Shown: in pieces, positions 10,872 through 22,909 of the stretch | Layout of the letters: every line of letters starts with the position of its first letter | How positions within the stretch are numbered: position 1 is the stretch's first letter | DNA from: an uncultured Actinomycetes bacterium | Lineage (GTDB): Bacteria > Actinomycetota > Thermoleophilia > Gaiellales > JALYLC01 | Assembly (NCBI GenBank): GCA_963794695.1 | Contig: CAWCFJ010000008.1 | Span: 435,590 to 499,589, forward strand | Direction: 5' to 3' | DNA: 64,000 bases | The notes under the pieces: model-generated | Database searches by the model: none | What the model was told of the DNA's origin: nothing | Seen by the model: only the letters and a program-made list of their open reading frames with translations | Made by a program: the position numbers and the translations under genes

Positions 10872-11839
10872 GTGATCGTCGACTGCGCGGTCTACGAGGA
10901 CGGGTGCCGCCGCAGGAGTCGCTGTCGTTGGCACGGCCTGCGCGGCCTGCCGCCAGCCGAACGCGTTCGCCTGGCTCGGGCTGCACGAGCCGACCGCCGA
11001 GGAGTTCGACTCGGTGGCCCGGGAGTTCGGGCTGCACGAGCTGGCGGTGGAGGACGCGGTGCGGGCGCACCAGCGGCCGAAGCTCGAGGCGTACGAGGAG
11101 ACGCTGTTCCTGGTGCTGAAACCGGCGCGGATGACTCCGCCGAGGGCGTCGAGTTCGGCGAGGTGCTGATCTTCATCGGGCCGGACTTCCTGATCACCGT
11201 CAGACACGGCGAGGCCCACCTGCACGACGCCCGGCTGTGGACCGAGCAGCGGCCAGACCTCCTGCGCTGCGGGCCCGGGGCGGCGCTGTACGCGATCGTC
11301 GACCGGATCGTGGACGACTACCAGCCGGTGATCGACGAGCTCGACCCCTGCATCGAGGACATCGAGCGCCAGGTGTTCTCGCCCGGGGCGGAGGGCAACC
11401 CGGCGGAGCAGATCTACGAGCTGAAGCGTCAGGTGCTCGAGCTGCTACGCCGCGATGGCGCCGCTGGCCGACCCGCTGGAGCGGCTGGCGCGCGGGCGCC
11501 ACGGGCTGATCCACGACAACGTGCGGCCGTACTTCCGCGATGTCCACGACCACCTGCTGCGGATGCTCGGGCACATCAGCACGTACCGCGACATCCTCAC
11601 CAGCGCGCTCACCGCGAACCTGACCCAGGTGACGGTGCGCCAGAACGAGGACATGCGCCGGATCGCGGCGTGTGCCGCCCTGTTCGCCGCACCGACCCTG
11701 GTGGTCGGGCTGTACGGGATGAACTTCAAGGACATGCCGGAGCTCTCGCTGGAGCTTCGGCTACCCGTTCGCGCTCGCGCTGATGACGGTCATCGTCGTG
11801 CTGCTGTTCCGCTACTTCCGCCGCGTCGGCTGGCTCTGA
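10872..11839 (+). CDS. corA: CorA magnesium/cobalt transporter, frameshifted
   Basis: [35 protein letters not shown]. Confidence 0.9.
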
Positions 11840-11846
11840 GCCCCCA

Positions 11847-12035
11847 AATGGTCGATGCCGCGGCGGGGGCGGCGTTCAGGGCACTGAATGGTCGTTTCGG
11901 CGGACGCGCGGCGGCGCAGCGCAGGCGGGGTTGCATGGGCAAGCCGCCGCGTGGCCGAGCGCGGGCGCGTCGCCCGCGCGGCCGGGACGGCCAGGCAGCG
12001 TCCTGAACGTCGTCGACGCCGCGGTATCGACCATT
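11847..12035 (+). repeat. Long imperfect inverted repeat / structured element
   Basis: Arms 11847-11886 and 11996-12035 match at 33/40; the stem continues 11889-11901/11981-11993. Confidence 0.75.
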
Positions 12036-13145
12036 AAACCTGAGACGAACGGAACGAGTCGGCGAGCGGCATGTAGGGGTAGCCGAGAGCCTCGGCGACC
12101 GGCTGCGAGGTGACCTTGCCGCCACGACGCTGACGCCGCGCGAGAGCGCCCGGTCGCGGGAGATCGCGCCCTCGAAGCCGCGGTCGGCGAGCAGCTCGAC
12201 GTACGGCAGGGTGGCGTTGGTCAGCGCCTTCGTGGAGGTGATCGGCACGGCGCCGGGCATGTTGGCGACGCAGTAGTGGACCACCCGTCGACGACGTAGG
12301 TGGGGTCGGAGTGGGTCGTCGGACGCGAGGTCTCGAAGCAGCCGCCCTGGTCGATGACGTCGACCAGGACCGCGCCGGGCTTCATGAGGGCGAGCTTCTC
12401 GCGCGAGACGAAGTTGGGGGCCCGGGCGCCCGGCACAGCACCGCGCCGATGACCAGGTCGGCGCCGCTGATGGCCTCGTCGACCTGCAGGGTGTTGGACA
12501 TCGCGATGGTCGCGCGGCCGTCGAGCATCGGGTCGAGCTCGCGCATGCGGTCGACGGACGGTCGATCCACACGTCGGCCTGCATGCCGACCGCGATCAGC
12601 GCGGCGTTGTAGCCGACCATCCCGCCGCCGAGCACCACCACCTTGGCCGGCGGCCGCCGGCGACGCCGCCGAGCATGATGCCGCGGCCGGTGGGGCGCTC
12701 CAGGGCGCTCGCGCCGACCTGCGGCGCGAGGCGCCCCGCGACCTCGCTCATCGGCGCCAGCAGCGGCAGCCGGTGGTCGTCGGTCTCGACGGTCTCGTAG
12801 GCGATGCAGGTCGCCCGCGAGTCGATCAGCGCCTGCGTCAGCTCCGGCGCCGGGGCCAGGTGCAGGTACGTGAACAGCACCAGGTCGGAGCGGATCCGGC
12901 CGTACTCCTCGGGCAGCGGCTCCTTGACCTTCAGCACCAGGTCGGTCGTGCCCCAGACCTCGTCGACCGAGCCGGTGGTGGCGCCGGCGGCCACGTACGT
13001 GTCGTCCGTGAACGCCGAGCCCGAGCCCGCGCCGGCCTCGACCACCACCTCGTGGCCGCGGCCGCACCAGCTCGCGGGTGCCGGCCGGGGTCAGCGCCAC
13101 CCGGTACTCGTCCGGCTTGATCTCCCGCACCACGCCGATCCTCAT
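12034..13145 (-). CDS. ald: Alanine dehydrogenase, several frameshifts
   Basis: [61 protein letters not shown]. Confidence 0.93.
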
Positions 13146-13207
13146 CGCGACCTCGCTGTCGGGAACCCTGGCGGCTGGAACACGGCGAGCATACATCCCG
13201 CCTCTCG

Positions 13208-13636
13208 TTGACCGGCGGACGCGGACAGCCGTGCGCTGGCGGGGTGGACTCGGTCGGCTCGTACTCGCTGAAGGCGCTGCTGTCCGCCTCGCTCTCGGCA
13301 GGCCTTCTGGCGCTCGCCTTCGGGCTGCCCGGCGTCTCGCACCGCTGGGCCGCGGCGACCGCGATCCTCGTCTTGGGCGCGAATCTGGTGGCCGTGCCGC
13401 TCGGTCTCATCCGTGGGGAGCGACGACCCCGCACGATGAGCGTGCCGCGCGCGCTGATCGCCATCGCCGTGCTCGGAAGCGCGGGAATCGCGATCTCGTG
13501 GATCGTCGACACGACGGCGCCCCTGGCCTTCGCTGGCGCCCTGCTGCTCGGCGTCGAGCTCGAGGCCCTGCTGGCGGCCGTCTTCGGCCGGACGACCGCC
13601 GTGCCGCTCGGCAACAACGGCGCCAGCTCGGCCTGA
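13208..13636 (+). CDS. Hypothetical membrane protein (about 4 TM helices; start uncertain)
   Basis: Four hydrophobic segments. Confidence 0.55.
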   Translation: MTGGRGQPCAGGVDSVGSYSLKALLSASLSAGLLALAFGLPGVSHRWAAATAILVLGANLVAVPLGLIRGERRPRTMSVPRALIAIAVLGSAGIAISWIVDTTAPLAFAGALLLGVELEALLAAVFGRTTAVPLGNNGASSA

Positions 13637-13642
13637 CGGCTC

Positions 13643-14818
13643 TCAGCTCGACAGCGCGAACGCGGCGACCCCGTGGGCCGTCGAGGCGTAGACGCGGCCT
13701 CCCGCGACCACCGGCTGACCGCTCAGGGGCTCGTCCGTAGCCACGTGCGCCAGCACCCGGCCGCGCTTCGCGTCGAGCGCGTAGAGCCCGTCGGCGGCCG
13801 TCGCGAAGACGACGCCGTTGGCCTCGCTCAGCCCGACGGCGCCCGGGATCTCGGTCGTCCAGCGCGGCGTGCCCTTGCGCGTCTTCAGCGCCGTCACGGC
13901 GTGGTCGCCGGCGCCGATGACCACGGCGTACACCAGGCTCCTGGTCGCCGCCTGCGGCACGAGCTGGACGTCCGTGTCCGCGATGATCAGGGCCCAGCGC
14001 GGTGTCCCGTCCGCCACGGCGTCCCACACCACGGCGTGCCCGCCCGCCGAGCCGCTGCCGACGAGGTCGCCGGCCGGCGTGGTCACGGCGGGCCACCAGT
14101 TGCCCCGCTCGAACGCCGACCACTCGGGATCCAGGGTCGCCGCGTCGAAGGCCTGCGCGCCCACCAGCACGGTGCCGCCACTGACGGTGGGCGTGCGGCT
14201 GTCCTGCAGGCTGACCGGGGCCTGTCCGAGCAGCGCGCCGTCCTGGAGGTCGAAGACCTCCATCTCGGACAGGTCCGACGCCGCGTAGACGCGACCGCCG
14301 GACACGACCGGGGCGATGAGGTCGCCGGCGCGGTAGCCGTCGCTGCCCGGCCGCGCCGTCGACCAGACCGGCGTGCCGCGGCTCTCGTCGAACGCCGAGA
14401 CGCTCGACCCTCCGGTCGTGAGCACCAGGCCGGAGGCGATCGCGGGCGTCGACACCGTCGGGCCGTCGAGCGTCCGGTGCCAGCGCTGCAGGCCGGTGGT
14501 GGCGTCGAACGCCGTCACCACGCCGACCTGCCGGGAGTTGGCCGCCACGAAGACCATCCCGCCGTCGACGGTCGGCTCGCCGAGCGTCGGTTTCTGCGAG
14601 ATCGAGGTCGTCCACGCCAGCCGCAGGCCGCCCACGCTTCGAGTCGAGAGGATCGTCTCGTCCGGCTGCACGCCCGAGTGACCGGCCTCGAAGCCGAGCT
14701 GCGGCCACGAGGGAGCAGCGGCATGCGCGCTCGCCGGCAGGGCCAGCAGCACGCCGAGCAGGAGCACACAGCGGGCAGGGGTGGGACGCACGTCGGCCTC
14801 CGTCGCAAGGGGTCGCAA
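13643..14818 (-). CDS. Secreted PQQ-like/BamB beta-propeller protein
   Basis: Signal peptide; repeated AFDATTG..W, AFDESRG..W and ALKTRKG..W blades. Confidence 0.85.
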   Translation of the reverse strand: MRPLATEADVRPTPARCVLLLGVLLALPASAHAAAPSWPQLGFEAGHSGVQPDETILSTRSVGGLRLAWTTSISQKPTLGEPTVDGGMVFVAANSRQVGVVTAFDATTGLQRWHRTLDGPTVSTPAIASGLVLTTGGSSVSAFDESRGTPVWSTARPGSDGYRAGDLIAPVVSGGRVYAASDLSEMEVFDLQDGALLGQAPVSLQDSRTPTVSGGTVLVGAQAFDAATLDPEWSAFERGNWWPAVTTPAGDLVGSGSAGGHAVVWDAVADGTPRWALIIADTDVQLVPQAATRSLVYAVVIGAGDHAVTALKTRKGTPRWTTEIPGAVGLSEANGVVFATAADGLYALDAKRGRVLAHVATDEPLSGQPVVAGGRVYASTAHGVAAFALSS

Positions 14819-14889
14819 GCGCAGCCAGGCTAGAGCCTACCGCCTGGGCGCCGCAATCCTTCGATCGCAGGAGCGCTGGGGTGTGGTCG

Positions 14890-15362
14890 CTACCCCACGG
14901 ACTCGACGGCGACGGTCATCTGGCCGCCGGGCGTCTGCACGGTCACCTTCTCGCCGGCCTTCTTGCCGAGCAGCGCCCGACCGAACGGCGACTCGATCGA
15001 GAGCCGGCCCGCGATCGCGTCGGCCTCGGCCGAGCCGACGAGCTTGTAGTTCTCGGTCTCGTCGCCGGGGACGTAGCGGATCGTCACGTCCGAGCCGATC
15101 GAGGCCACCGCCGGTGGACGCCGGCGCATCGACGACCGTGGCCGCGTTGAGCTGGGCTCCGGAGCCGCGCGATGCGCGCCTCGAGGTGGCCCTGCTCCTC
15201 CTTCGCCGCGTGGTACTCGGCGTTCTCGGAGAGGTCGCCGTGCTCGCGCGCCTCGAGGATCGCGTCGGCGATGTCCCGCCGCGCCATCGTCTCGAGGTGG
15301 TTCAGCTCGGCCGCGAGGCGGTCGTAGCCCTCCCGCGTCAGCTCGTGCTCGTGCTCAGCCAT
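14890..15362 (-). CDS. greA: Transcription elongation factor GreA, frameshifted
   Basis: [33 protein letters not shown]. Confidence 0.93.
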
Positions 15363-16497
15363 CGACCTCCCTGGTCGCGGGCCGCCTCGAGCAGCGCGAG
15401 CGTCACCCGCGCCATGCCCTCGACGTCGCCGACGGCGATCTGCTCGTCGGCGGTGTGCACGTTCGCCATGCCGTTGGCCAGGGCACGAGCAGGGCGACGC
15501 CGCGCGCGGGTTGAAGACGTGCGAGTCGGCACCGCCGCCGGCCGACGCGTGCCGGACCGCGAAGCCGGACGCCTCGAGCGCCTCGCGGGCGAGGCGCACG
15601 GCCAGGTCGCCGCGTCGGAAGCGGTAGGCCCGTACTCGCGCGGACCGAGGTCTCGACGCGGACTCGGCGCGGCCGCCGCGTGCGCCATCGCGTCGAGCAG
15701 CGCCGGCGCCGGCGCCGGGCGCGATGTCGCGGCAGCGCACCTCGGCCTCGCGGCGAGCCCTCGGCCGGCACGACGTTGCGCGCGACCCGCCGTGGATCGG
15801 GCCCACGTTCGCGGTGGTCTCGGCGTCGATGCGGCCGAGCCGGAACATCCGGCGATGGCACGCGACGCGGCGAGGATCGCGCTGCGGCCCTGCTCCGGCG
15901 CGATGCCGGCGTGAGCCGCCTGCCCGCGGAACGTCGAGCTGGATGGTGTACTGGGCGGGCCGCGATGACCTCGCCGCCGGCGCCGGCGTGGTCGTAGACG
16001 AAGCCCGACCCGGGAGTGCAGCCGCGACGTGGTCGAACGGCTTGGCGCCGTGCAGGCCGACCTCCTCCTGCAGCGTCAGCACGAGCTCGATGCCGGCGTG
16101 CGGCCAACCCTCCCTGCACCACCCGGCGAACCCCGTCGAGCATGGCCGCCACGGCCGCCTTGTTGTCGGCGCCGAGGATCGTCGGGTCGCCGTTGGGGAT
16201 CGCACGCCGATGCTCAGACCGGGTCGATCGGGGCGCGGCCGGCACCGTGTCGAGGTGGGCGCAGAAGAAAGCGGCGTGCCGCCGCGCGCGGCGTGGGCGG
16301 GATCCGCGCGTAGAGGTTGCCCGCGTTGCCGTCGAGCTTCGCGCCGGCGTCGTCCTCGTCCACCTCGAGGCCGAGGTCGCGCAGGTAGGCGGCGCAGAGG
16401 TCGGCGTCGGCCGCTCCGCCCCGGACGGGCGTGACGAGCGAGGCCAGGCTCAGGAAGAGCCCGAGGGCGTCGGAGGCACCGATCGTGTCGCGGTCAT
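15355..16497 (-). CDS. M20 family (peptidase T-like) metallopeptidase, many frameshifts
   Basis: [38 protein letters not shown] spread over several frames. Confidence 0.8.
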
Positions 16498-16541
16498 TCG
16501 GCGGGGACCGCGCGCCACGGGCGGGGCTGCGCGCCCGCCGA

Positions 16542-18125
<1,584 letters not shown>

Positions 18126-18287
18126 GCGAGCCTCCCATCGTGATCCACGGGAGACGCATCGTAGCGGCAACCCGGCGGCGACCGCCGCGATCGGCGAAGC
18201 GTTGCTCGTGAAGGAAAGTAGACATCGCTGGCCGTCAGTAAGTGATCGCGCGCGCCTGCTCGGCGCGCCGGCCTGAAGGCCCAGGCC

Positions 18288-18323
18288 GGGTGGTGGGAGC
18301 GCCGCCCCGCGCCCCCACCACCC
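18288..18323 (-). terminator. GC-rich 15-bp hairpin, possible terminator
   Basis: GGGTGGTGGGAGCGC / GCGCCCCCACCACCC arms. Confidence 0.4.
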
Positions 18324-18335
18324 CGCCGCACCGCC

Positions 18336-18494
18336 TTATCGGCGGTACGACGCCGGGCCGGGCACCAGCGTGATGCTGGACAGCCGCCGCACGATGGCGT
18401 CGGCCACAACATCTGCTGGTGCGAGCTCGAGCGTCACGACCCGCGTGCGGCGGGTGTGCGCCTGGGCTTGTCGTCGATCTCGATCGTCGATCAT
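18336..18494 (-). CDS. Possible 52-aa small protein
   Basis: AGGAG SD then ATG (MIDDRDRRQ...SYRR*), followed by a hairpin; region is error-prone. Confidence 0.3.
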   Translation of the reverse strand: MIDDRDRRQAQAHTRRTRVVTLELAPADVVADAIVRRLSSITLVPGPASYRR

Positions 18495-18691
18495 CTTCGT
18501 GGACTCCTGATCCGCCGTGCCGTCCCCAACTGCATCGGTTCCACGGGTCGCTCAAAGACCCCCGGTAGGGGTGTTTGAACGTCGTGTCACCCGGCGGGGG
18601 TAGGGGCGCGTCCCGGGCCCCTCCGCAGCGGCCAAACGTTGTGGGGATCACGGATTCCTTCGGCCCCCGCTGCTTAGGGTCGTAGCAACCA

Positions 18692-18729
18692 GGCGCGCGC
18701 CATTCCTCCCGGCGCGCGCCATCTTTTTT
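18692..18729 (+). terminator. Intrinsic terminator-like hairpin in a leader
   Basis: GGCGCGCGCC-ATTCCTCCC-GGCGCGCGCC followed by ATCTTTTTT. Confidence 0.6.
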
Positions 18730-18750
18730 GCGCTCAAGGAGTCACGAACC

Positions 18751-19615
18751 ATGCACCTGCGTGCACTGCGCCTGACGGCGGCCGTCGCCGTCACCGGCGC
18801 CCTGGCCTTCGCCGGGCGCGGCGAGCGCCGACACCCCGATCGACAAGCCGGCTCCCACGGCGGCGCCGACGGCTCTGCCGGGGAAGGCGCCCAAGGGCGA
18901 CGCGGTCGTCAACACCCCGTTCCAGGTCGCTCCGACCGGCGCGCAGTCGACGGCGCACGTCGAGTGCCCCGTCGGCACCGTGCCGCTCGGCGGCGGCGTG
19001 TTCATCCAGTCGAACAACACCGCGGCGAACATCAACAACTCGGCGCCGACGCCGACCGGGTGGAGCGGCTGGGTGAACAACACCAGCGGCGCCACGACGT
19101 TCTTCCAGGTGCAGGCGATCTGCGCCAAGAAGCCCACCAAGTACAGCGTCGTCACGTCGGCCGAGAACGTTCCGGGCCAGAGCCACCTCGAGGTGTTCGC
19201 GGAGTGCCCGAAGGGCAGCAAGCCGCTCGGCGGCGGCGGCTTCACCACGTCGCTCGGCCTGTCCGTGAACCTGTCCGGCTCGTACGCCTCGGGCCAGGGC
19301 TGGCGCTCGATCCTGCACAACCAGGGCGTCACCACGACGCTCCTGCAGACCTACGCGGTGTGCGGCAAGGTCAAGGGCTACACCGTCGCCGTCGGCGCCG
19401 AGACCGGCATGCCGGGCGCGACCCAGACCCAGGTCTTCGTCGCCTGCCCCGCCCCGACCGTGGCCACCGGCGGCGGCGTGCTCACCCTCACCAGCAACCT
19501 CGCGGTGAACCTGAACTCGACCATCGCCTTCAACGGCGGCTGGGAGAGCTTCGTCAACAGCGCGACCACGCTCTTCGAGACGGCCATCCCGGTCGTCGTC
19601 TGCGCCGGGGTCTGA
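18751..19615 (+). CDS. Secreted protein with three Cys-bracketed repeats, one frameshift
   Basis: AAGGAG SD, signal peptide, 3x CPxxxxxxGGG...W...C. Confidence 0.75.
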
Positions 19616-19641
19616 GCCGACTCGACTCGAGACCCGTGATC

Positions 19642-19803
19642 GCTCGGAGTGTCTCGGGACTCCCCGGGCGTGCACCGGTGCCGCAGTGCAGGCTGGTGGC
19701 CTGCACAAGGTGCCGGCGCGCGTAGCGCGCCCGCTTCGCGCGGTCGCGTATGGCGGTGGCTTGACGCGGGTGCGCGGCCGGGGTGTCGCGAGGCGCTCCG
19801 AGC
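19642..19803 (+). repeat. Long imperfect inverted repeat / structured element
   Basis: Arms 19642-19676 and 19769-19803 match at 29/35; internal 8-bp hairpin at 19686-19706. Confidence 0.7.
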
Positions 19804-19871
19804 CCGCGCGGATCGGTGGATTCCAGGCTGACCCCAGACGACCCTGCTGCGCCCGCGCCCGGGTGGCCCTC

Positions 19872-21538
19872 TCAGGCCGCCCGGGCGCGCAGGCTCGTGG
19901 CCAGCGCGAGCGCTCCCTCGTCGTCGTGCTCGGCGCCGAGCATGCGCACCAGCTCCGCCAGCACGGCGTCGCCCTCGAGCCGCTCGATGCGCGTCTCGGA
20001 GCGGCTGCCGGCCCGCTTCTCGACCCGGTAGTGGCGGTCGGCCAGCGCCGCGATCTGCGGCAGGTGCGTGATCACCACGAGCTGCGCGGTCTCGGCCAGC
20101 CGCCGCAGCTTCTCGCCCAGCACCCGCGCGGTGACCCCGCCGATGCCCGCGTCGACCTCGTCGAACACCAGCGTCTCGGCGGCTGTGGTCGCGCGCCGCG
20201 AGGCGCACCGCGAGCGCGATCCGCGAGAGCTCTCCGCCCGACGCGCCCGTGCCGAGCGGCACCGGCGGCAGGCCGCTGTTGGCCCGCAGCAGCAGCGACA
20301 CGCCGTCGCTGCCCCGCGGGCCGAGATCGCGCGCGGCCAGCTCGATGTGCAGCTCGGCGCCCGCCATGCCGAGCTCGGCGAGGTGCGACTCGACGGCCTT
20401 GCGGAAGCGCCGCGCGGTCTTGCGGCGCAGCGCCGCGAGCTCCTCGGCGACCCGACGCCTCGCGCTCGGCCGCCTCGCGGGCCGCGGCCAGGGCCGCCAG
20501 CCGGCCGCCGCCCTCGCCCTCGGCCTCGAGCTCGGCCCGCGCCGCCTCGCCGCGCGGGCCAGCAGGACGGCCAGCGTGTCGCAGTCGAACCGCCGGCGGG
20601 CGTCGGACAACGCCTCGAGCCGGATCTCGACGGCCTCGAGCCGGGCCGGGGAGGCATCGAGCGCCCCGGCGTAGCCGCGCAGCATCAGCGCCGCCTCCTG
20701 CAGGCACTCGGCGGCGTCGCGCAGCTCGGCCGCCGGGCCCTCGAGCGTGGCGTCGAGCGCCATCGCGCCCTCGACGAGCCGCGCCGCCTCGCCGGTCAGG
20801 AGCAGCGCGCCGGCGCCGTCCTCGGGGTTGATGCGCCTCGGCCGCGCCGGCCGCGGCGGCGTACAGGTCGTCGACGTGGCGCAGCCGCTCGCGCTCGGCG
20901 CGCAGCGCGTCGTCCTCCCCCGGCTCGGCCTCGAGCGCGTCGAGCGTCTCGACCAGCGCCTCGAGCTCGGCCAGGTCGCGGGCCCGCTCGCCGGCCCGCG
21001 CGAGCGCGTCGGCCTCGAGCCGCCGGGCCTCGCTGAGCGCGCGCCAGGCGTCGGCCATGCGGGTGCGGAGCTCGGCGCTGCGCGGGCCCCCGGCGGCGTC
21101 GAGCAGGTCGAGCTGCACCGCGGGCCGGGCGAGCCGCCGGGCCTCGTGCTGGGACACGATCTCGACCAGTCCGCCGCCGGCCGCCTCGAGGTCGGCCCGG
21201 GCGCAGCTTCGCCCCCACACGAGCGCGCGCGAACGCCCGTCGGCGACGACCCGCCGGGCCAGCACGAGCTCGTCGGCGTCGTCGGGGCGCAGGTCGGCCA
21301 GGACGGCGGGCAGCGACCCGGGCTCGACGCCCTCGAACGCGGCCTCGACGTAGGCCTCGCGCCCGGCCGGGCCGACCAGCGCGGCATCGGCCTTGCCGCC
21401 GAGCAGCAGGCCGATCGCCTCGGCCAGGATCGTCTTGCCGGCGCCCGTCTCGCCGGTGATCACCGTCAGCCCCGGCGCGAGCTCGAGCTCGGCGCGGCGG
21501 ATGAGAACGAGGTTGTCGACGCGAAGAAAGGCCAGCAC
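19872..21538 (-). CDS. recN: DNA repair protein RecN, frameshifted
   Basis: ITGETGAGKT, ASGGELSR, LVFDEVDAGIGG, ITHLPQIA. Confidence 0.92.
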
Positions 21539-21601
21539 AGGAGCCACGATACGGAGGGCGTCGGACGGAGCGAGCGAACGCCTGTTCGTATGCAGGCTAC
21601 C

Positions 21602-22045
21602 CTACGCGGGTGCGTGGGAGACCGCCAGCGGCGGCCCGGCGAGCGTCATCCCGGCGACCCCGGCGAGCTCGGCGAACGGCGCCGGCCCAGGGCTCTCGCC
21701 GAGCCGCGCCGCGAAGCCCTCGAAGAACGCCTCCATGCCTGGTGAGGCAGGCGTGAACAGCACGAGCAGGCGCGCCGGCGCAGACCCTGCGTTCTGCCAC
21801 GCGTGCGGCGTGCCAGCCGGCACGAACAGCAGGTCGCCTTCGGATGCCGTCCACACGTCGTCGGCGAGCCGGAAGCGGAAGGTCCCGCAGAGCACGTACA
21901 GGAGCTCGGCCTCGACCGCGTGCACGTGCAGCGGCGGTCCCTCTCCGGGCGCCGCGACGGTCTCGAGCAGCGTCTGCGTCCCGCCGGTGTCCGCGGCTCG
22001 CAGCCGGATCGGCAGCGAGCCGCCGACCGGGTTACGCAGCTCCAT
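21602..22045 (-). CDS. Cupin domain protein
   Basis: GPPLHVH..EAELLYV, VPAGTPHAW. Confidence 0.85.
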   Translation of the reverse strand: MELRNPVGGSLPIRLRAADTGGTQTLLETVAAPGEGPPLHVHAVEAELLYVLCGTFRFRLADDVWTASEGDLLFVPAGTPHAWQNAGSAPARLLVLFTPASPGMEAFFEGFAARLGESPGPAPFAELAGVAGMTLAGPPLAVSHAPA

Positions 22046-22905
22046 CAGCCGGCGAACGTGTCCCGGAAGCGCTGCAGGAACGAGACCTCGGGGAGCAGGG
22101 CCAGGTTCACCTGCTCCTCGGCCATGCAGATCGTGATCCGCTCGCCGGGGGCCAGGTCGCGGTCCACGACCTGGCCGTCGAGCACGATGCGGGCCGCCGT
22201 GCCCTCGCCGCGGTTCTCGATCACGATCACGTTTCCGCGCGGGAGCACCAGCGAGCGGGCCGTCAGCGAGTGCGGCGCCACGAACGTGACGACCAGCCCG
22301 TCGAGGCCCCAGCCGAGCACCGGGCCGCCGGCCGACAGGCTGTAGGCGGTCGAGCCCGACGGCGTCGACACCACCACCGCGTCGCACCCGATCTCGCCCA
22401 GGTCGACCCCGTTGACCGACCACTGGAAGTGGGCCATGCGGCCGTGCAGCGCGCTCGTCACCACCGCGTCGTTGACCCCGAGGCCGCAGCGCTCGCCCTC
22501 GCGGCGCACGTCCACCGACGGCAGCTGGACGACGCAGTAGTCGCCCGAGAACGCCCGCGACAGCGCGGTCTCGAGCTCGTCGGCAGGCGCGGTCGTCAGG
22601 AACCCGACGCGCCCGTAGTTGATGGCGAAGACCGGCACCCCGGTGTCCAGCGAACGGTGCAGCGCGCGAAGCGTCGTCCCGTCGCCGCCGAGCACCACGA
22701 TCAGGTCGGCGCCGTCGGTCTGGTCGTCCTCGTCCATCACCCGCCACGGGCCGGCCTCGAGCCGGTGCTTGCGCAGCTCGACCTCGGGCACCACCAGCTC
22801 CACGCCGAACCGCTCGGCGACCCGGGCCAGCCGGTGCAGACCATCGCCGATGGTCATGGCGAGGCCGTGGGTGATGACGGCGGCACGGGTGACCTGGCGG
22901 GGCAC
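22045..22905 (-). CDS. nadK: NAD kinase
   Basis: GGDGT, GFL, ND, STPSGSTAYSLSAGG. Confidence 0.92.
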   Translation of the reverse strand: MPRQVTRAAVITHGLAMTIGDGLHRLARVAERFGVELVVPEVELRKHRLEAGPWRVMDEDDQTDGADLIVVLGGDGTTLRALHRSLDTGVPVFAINYGRVGFLTTAPADELETALSRAFSGDYCVVQLPSVDVRREGERCGLGVNDAVVTSALHGRMAHFQWSVNGVDLGEIGCDAVVVSTPSGSTAYSLSAGGPVLGWGLDGLVVTFVAPHSLTARSLVLPRGNVIVIENRGEGTAARIVLDGQVVDRDLAPGERITICMAEEQVNLALLPEVSFLQRFRDTFAG

Positions 22906-22909
22906 CGCT

